Made by a program: the position numbers and the translations under genes. A DNA stretch of 64,000 bases from NCBI RefSeq assembly GCF_041146345.1, contig NW_027191409.1:310001-374000 (forward strand), read 5' to 3'. Shown in pieces: positions 58,179 to 64,000 of the stretch. The stretch is from Neodothiora populina. Taxonomy: Eukaryota. The number at the start of each line of letters is the position of its first letter. Position 1 is the first letter of the stretch. The notes beneath the pieces were generated by a model that saw only the letters and a program-made list of their open reading frames with translations, did not search any database and was not told the origin of the DNA.

Positions 58179-59744
58179 TCACCGTCCGAGTCCAGCCTTG
58201 CTCTTGCCCGTCAATCTAGCACCGCCCAGTCCAAATCTTATCTCATCCAGCTGCTCCATGCCAGTCTGGAAGCCAGCCTTCTTGATCCTCCGTCCTTTGC
58301 CCGCCTGTCGCGAGTGACCGGCCAAAAATCCATCCATGATGCTGTCGAAGTCACTCCTGACCAGCTCGGGCGCCTCCGAGTCCGTGGCTCTGCTGTACGT
58401 CGATATGCCGCTCGCTCTGCTCATGCCGCTCATGGCGGACATCTTGGACATGCCCGAGGCTTTGGACAAACCCGTCATGCCGGACGCCAAAGACTCGGCG
58501 TCGTCGAACTGCGAGGACTCGTCGTTGTAGAAGTCATCGTAGTCGTCGTTTGCGTATTCTTCCTCGATCTTGTCGAAGCGTTGATCCAGCAGCGTTTGCG
58601 CGTCGGTGCGGGCGAGCGCGGACGATGACATGGAGTAGGCGGAGGGGTTCGTCATGGCGCCCTTGCGCTTCTTTCTGCGGCCGGAGGCGAGGGATGACAG
58701 GCCTGTGTTGATGGTCTGGCCGGCTTCTGAAGGGGTCACGCCCTGTTTCTTCGGCGGTGCTTTGGCGTCCTTGACGGCTTGCTTGAATTTGGCGAATTCT
58801 TCCATCCAGGCGCCGCCGGTGGGGTCAGCGGGAGGCGCGGCGGTGATGTCTTCGGTCGGCGGGGCCAGGTCGCCGTTTTCGTCTGCGTGGGCGGATAGCG
58901 AGGCGCGTGGTGAGGGTTTGTTCTTGTCGTCGGCTTTTATCGTGGCATCTGATTCCCAGCCCTCGTCGTCGTCCTCGTCCTGCCAACCGGCAGCCTCCCA
59001 GCCGTCCTTGTCGACCTCTTCTCCGCTCTTTGCCAGCTCTGCGAAAAAGTCCTCCTCGTCGTCGTTGACGTATGCTTCGTCCTCCAGAGCCTCGAGCGCT
59101 TCTCGCAGCCTCGGGTCCATGTTCGGCTGGAATCCAGCAATGGCGTCCGGGATGTCCTGCTGGTCCTGATACGTCGTCTTCTTGACGAACTCGCTTCCGA
59201 GCAGCTCTTCCGGTAGCAGACTCTTGCTCGTGGCTTGACTGCTGGCGATACTCCTGCTGCCGTCGTCGTCGGCGATGTCCATGAACTTGAGCGCATCCGC
59301 CAGACTCTGCTTGTTCTTTCCTTTTGTCGTCTCTTGCTTCGCGGGGACCCACATGGCCTGTCCTCCACCCGTGCCAATGTCTCGCATGTGTTGCATGTAG
59401 TCGTATTTCGTGTCGTCGTAGAAAATGCCGTGTTCGGCCGCCTCGCCCTCGTTTGGCCGAATGTTCATTCCGAATTCGTCTTCCAGATCTCCGCCTTGTC
59501 GCACCTTGCTACTGCCCGGCTGTGCTGCTTTGCCTGCCGGACGCTCCAGCTCGGCGAAGACCATGGCAGGGGCATCTGCGTCGTTGATGAGGGGGTCGTT
59601 CTGGGCGCGATGCACCAGAGCGAAGGTGGTGGCGTTCTTCTTGTCGCTGTTTGGTTCGTTGTCAGACGTCGCTCTTCTTCACTTATTCCTGTCTATGTTC
59701 TGGAGGAGATGGAAGAAGACATACATCCACTTGCGAGGAGCCAT
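58179..59744 (-). CDS. LTV1: 40S ribosome biogenesis factor Ltv1
   Basis: MAPRKWI|DKKNATTFALVHRAQNDPL across intron 59724-59647; GEAAEHGIFYDDTKYDYMQHMR; GFQPNMDPRLRE; SMSSSAL. Confidence 0.93.
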
Positions 59745-59778
59745 GATGGCGATATTCTCTCTCTTTATTCTTTTCCTC

Positions 59779-59832
59779 TTTCTCCTCTTTCTCCTCTTTC
59801 TCCTCTTTCTCCTCTTTCTCCTCTTTCTCCTC
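59779..59832. repeat. 9-bp tandem repeat (TTTCTCCTC)6 followed by a CT tract
   Basis: Six perfect copies read directly, 35 nt upstream of the LTV1 ATG. Confidence 0.95.
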
Positions 59833-60790
59833 TCTCTCTCTCTCTTTCTCTCTGTCTCTTTCTTTCAATTCAAGCCTGTAAAATCCAGAGACACCAAGAG
59901 TCCAGGTCGATTAACAGAGACAAGTCAAAATAGAAACGATTCAAGGAAAAGCGATAATGGATATATAACTTCAGTCAGGCAGCAAAGTCGTCGGATCCGA
60001 CTCTGAGTGTAAATTTCTTGGAAGTCACAATAATTTCTGGACCCTGACCTTTTTTCTGCCTGATCAGTTCTCCATCAAGGTGGGGTTCACTTGCTGCTGA
60101 TTCGCCAAGAGTTTTTGGTCATCCATCGCGTCGCTGACCTATGGCAATAGTCAAGGTATGTATTCATGCTGTTGGTAAGATAAGGTTAATGCTTGACGGG
60201 TCAGTTTCTTGGTCAGATCATAACGATTCCACGCCGGTCGTTACTTCGTAGAGATTCGTAGAGGATAGCAGTGCTCGTTCTTATTAAATGAAAGAAGTAT
60301 TACATTTCTGGTCCTGACTGGTACAGAGGGCGACCCTGTCTAATTGCCTCAGCAAGACCGTCCTTGGGCAACAAACTCCAGTAGTCTGTGATAGTGTGCA
60401 CATCAAGCAACTATGGTGCCTTTCACTCCTAATTGTCAAGTTTTTGAGTAGTTGTCCATGTGCTGCAGAAACCGAACAATGTCAAACTATCCCGCCAAAC
60501 ACGAGTACAACAAACACCCGACTAAATTCACTGGCCCATCCATACCCCGCTGGCGGTCCTCCCATCAACACAGATCACAAAGGTGAATCCGGGTCCGATT
60601 CTGGTTCATTTTCCGGTCACGTTGTCGACATCTTTTACTCTCACCAACATAACCACTTGTGAAACATTCCAAAAGAAAACCACTTCGGCTCTATAATTGC
60701 GCTACAAACTCGCCGAGTACTCGATACGCGCAAGCGCTGCACCTCCGGTATACTCGTTCACATTCACGTTCTCGTCACCAACAACTATTT

Positions 60791-60817
60791 CCACCACCAC
60801 CACCACCACCACCACCA
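60791..60817. repeat. (CCA)9 microsatellite
   Basis: Read directly; lies downstream of the YOP1 stop codon. Confidence 0.9.
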
Positions 60818-61038
60818 CCCTTCCTCTAACCTTACAACCATTCTGCGTGTGGGGAGACATGTTCTCTGGGCCTGTTCTGCAACCTCACAAGGACAAGAAA
60901 TGCGCGACACGAGCAAATCATCTCATGCGAGTCATCTGAGCTTCGACTTGATGGACAGACCGGTGCATGCAGCACGCACCGCAACCTGGCCATGTCATCG
61001 CTGTGCCCATGCAGACTACCCCCAAAGGTTCATGACAT

Positions 61039-61878
61039 TTACTGGCTCTTGAACGACTCGGCCTGGGCGCGGAGGTTGGCAGAGGCGGAACCGCCCTGGA
61101 AGAAGCGTGCGAAGAGAGGCTGGAGCAGGGAGTTATAGACAATGTTGGCACCGCTGGAAAATAAACCATCAGCCACTATGCTTCTCAAAAGGCTACACAC
61201 ACGTGCAAACTTACCTGGTCTGGGGAAGGGCCATCCACAGGGTCAGGACAAACTTGAAGGTGTAGTAGAAGGCTATTTGATCTTAGTACACTGCCATGTG
61301 GCGCTTTAAAGCTCTTGCAGATCGACTTACGGAACCAGTAAACAGCGTTGACGGCGCTCTCAATGACGGTGAAGAAACCGAAGGTCACCCAGTACTGCGA
61401 GGAAAGTCAGGAAAATCTACGTCATCACGTCAATTCCGTAAACATGGACTTACGGTCAACCACTATAAGCCAACGTCAGTCAATCTTCGAAGTAAACAAA
61501 CGTGTGCAAGCCAAGACTTACGTGGGTGTCATCGGCCTTGCCGACGGTGAAAAGGGCCTCAAGAGAGTAGTATCCAGGAATGATGAATCCGGCAAGGTTG
61601 GTGAGGAACTCTCCGGCAATGTTGAAGAAGATGGAGAGGAAGTACAGAGCTCCGATACCCAGGACGAGGTAGACCTTGGGGACGGAGGTCTGAGTCTCAA
61701 AGTTGTTGAGCAGGTGGTACTTCGACAGCTATCATTTCGTATTAGCAAGCTGAAGAGAGTAGACACAGGCAACCCGGAACGTGATTCGGACACGCTCCAG
61801 GTACGAGAAAAAGTTGCTGTAGCTTACCTCCTTGTCGAGCTGCGAGATTTGGTGCTGGGCCTTTTCTTGGAACGACAT
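61039..61878 (-). CDS. YOP1: ER-shaping protein Yop1 (TB2/DP1/HVA22, REEP family)
   Basis: Six coding exons: MSFQEKAQHQISQLDKE|LSKY...PKVYLVLG...DDTH|WLT|YWVTFG...YWF|PFYYTFKF...LPQTS|GANIVY... A probable 5'UTR intron lies at about 61971-61899. Confidence 0.92.
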
Positions 61879-62943
61879 TTTGTTTTATTCGAAGATTGCT
61901 GATGTACAGGGTACGTCTGATCCAAAGTCACTACACGGTCTGCCGTCGACCTAGAATTGATAACGATGTACCTGAGGAGATATAGGAGTAAACGTCTGGT
62001 TTGTGCGTTTTGTCAAGAATTTGTGTGTGTTTCTCGCAAGAGAAATCGAGGTAGAGCAACGGGGCAGAAGAGGTGACGTGTGTCCAGACTCGGGTGGGGG
62101 GAGCTCCAAGAACGGAAACCCAAACTTCTTGGCTCCGGCCGACGTTCTTTCCCGTAGCTGCCCTCGCTGCCCTCGCTGAACTCGGCGCCTGCCCTACCGC
62201 TTACCTTACTCTCTACGATGTGATCCGATGCGCAAGAGCCGCTCCTGGGATAGTCACAAGTAATCAACAACGGCCAACCCGTTTACAACGCAACGTTGCA
62301 ACCACTTTGCCATTTTGAGATGGCAAATTTCGTAGAAACTCACATGTGGCCAGCTTAAGCGAAATTATTCGAGCAGCTGGAACTATACGGTGGTCTTTGT
62401 AGTTGAAAAAGGCCGGTCAGAGAAATTGCCAGTGACGTAGTCGATGTTTTGCCAAATCACGTGAAATGAGGAAACAGCGGCGTCTGGTCGCCGTGCAAGC
62501 GGGCTTGTTTTGATAAACAGATCGCTCTTTAGATGTTCACGACAACACATTCAGCGACGACTCGCTACGAACCCGGCAATCTACCAACCAGGCCTTCCAC
62601 GACTGGGTTACGGCACTGATCAGCCTTGCATTCGCATTCTGGAAGCCTTGTCACAGGACGATTCCATCTGCCAGGACTGACTACCTCCGTAAACAACCGC
62701 CGCATTCGAGTATCAATCGCTCGTTCTGGATGCCTTAACACGACTCGGGAGGTTATAGCTTGCGACCAATCACGACTACGACCACATCATGTATTAGAGA
62801 TTCCAATCGCACATACCGTATCTTTGTCTGGGTAAGAAAATTGTGGCTCGTATACAAAAATCCAATGTTTGTTGACAAACCGGGCTGATATCAAAACAGA
62901 CTCACGCGAATCCATACCACAAATATCTAAACATTAATTCTCA

Positions 62944-64000
62944 ATGGCCTTCCAAATGCAGCGCACTCGCTCTGCACACTCCATTCATCGGCCATTGTCG
63001 CGTGCTTCCACTCAGAGTGCGCAGTCACCTGCGCCTGACCTGCTGCCGGACAATAAATATCATAATAATGCCGCCTTCATGCAGCAGCAGCTCATGGGTA
63101 TGCAATATGTCAATCCTCAGCCCACGAACCACATGGATCCTATGATGCAGATGCAAGCGCAAAACTTCCAGATGTCCCAGCAGCAGTTCGATCCAAATCA
63201 ACACTATCTGCCGGATAATGCGTATATGCTTCCCGGCGATACTAACTACCCCATGCCACCTCACATGATGCAGTACCAAGCCCAACTCAATGGATCAGAG
63301 CCCGAAGACAAGCGACGAAAGGGTTCCTCAGCCACTGCAACCAATGATAAGGAGCTGAGAGAGCTGCTGAGTCGTAATGATGGGCGCTCGCTTCCCGAAG
63401 TCGCTCAAGAAGTCATCGCAAAGGAGCGAACACCCCAAGCAGAGAAAACAAAACAGCTCTTCGCTATGTTATGGTAAGCTCACACTTAATAAGACCGCCG
63501 CCTTTTGATTCTATTGTTCTGACCTATCCGCTAGGCTTCGCAAGGTGTGCAAAACCGCAAAGACTTCTGTCCCGCGCAATCGTGTTTACTCACATTACGC
63601 CACTCGATGTGGCACCGAGAGAGTCGTTCCCCTAAATCCCGCTTCCTTCGGAAAGCTTGTTAGAGTCATCTTTCCAGGAATCCAAACCAGACGGCTGGGC
63701 GTCAGAGGCGAGTCCAAGTATCATTATGTAGACCTTTGTCTCGTCGATGATGCTCCTGCCGAACAATCCCAAGGCACCGCAAGGAGTACTCCTGCCTTGG
63801 AAAGGGCTGATTCAAGACGTAGCATGTCTGTTCAGCATGCACAGATTGATTTCAGCGCTGTACCAAGACCCACATCCGACAATATCGGCCTTGCCTCGCA
63901 GGATGGTATCATGGAGAAGCTCCAACCTTCCACAGAATCTGAGTCTCGGGGGCCGCCCTCGCATGCTAAGCTCTTTGCATACCCAGATACGAGGGGTATG
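62944..64000 (+). CDS. RFX1: RFX-family winged-helix transcription factor (Rfx1/Crt1/Sak1-like), runs off the window
   Basis: KQLFAMLW|LRKVCK across intron 63474-63534, then SVPRNRVYSHY...PLNPASFGKLVRVIFPGIQTRRLGVRGESKYHY, the RFX DNA-binding domain. Confidence 0.92.

Noticed and set aside
59683..59868. ORF encoding KEEKEEKEE repeats
   Set aside because: It is just the translation of the 9-bp tandem repeat, has a non-ATG start and is out of frame with LTV1.
1..64000. CRISPR arrays, prokaryotic defence systems, transposons, rRNA/snRNA genes and secondary-metabolite clusters
   Set aside because: The DNA is eukaryotic. I saw no spaced direct repeats, transposase/RT/integrase motifs, LTRs or TIRs, 5S or U-snRNA signatures, or PKS/NRPS/terpene synthase genes. 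Short degenerate elements could escape inspection by eye.

Overview
Eukaryotic, intron-containing, gene-dense DNA from a filamentous ascomycete (probably a Dothideomycete, judged from protein style and intron signals). About 26 protein-coding genes can be reconstructed by hand. Most are housekeeping: DCP1, YPP1/RHF1, RIX1, RFC3, GCD10/TRM6, SUR1, COQ8, NTA1, RPL39, KIN17/RTS2, SNF1 beta subunit, RKM4, EPL1, LDAH-like hydrolase, LTV1, YOP1 and an RFX factor. There is also a CYP52-type P450, several hypothetical genes and two intron-containing tRNAs (Arg-ACG, His-GTG). I see no CRISPR array, intact transposon or biosynthetic gene cluster. Most unusual signals: (1) 5-6 of about 39 inferred coding-region introns use non-canonical GC donors, and most of those donors sit inside local inverted repeats; (2) a one-base frameshift in COQ8; (3) a recurrent TACWGTA motif in non-coding DNA; (4) two myristoylation-type N-termini in the SNF1 beta subunit. 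All gene names come from recognised motifs, not database searches, and exon boundaries are manual inferences.
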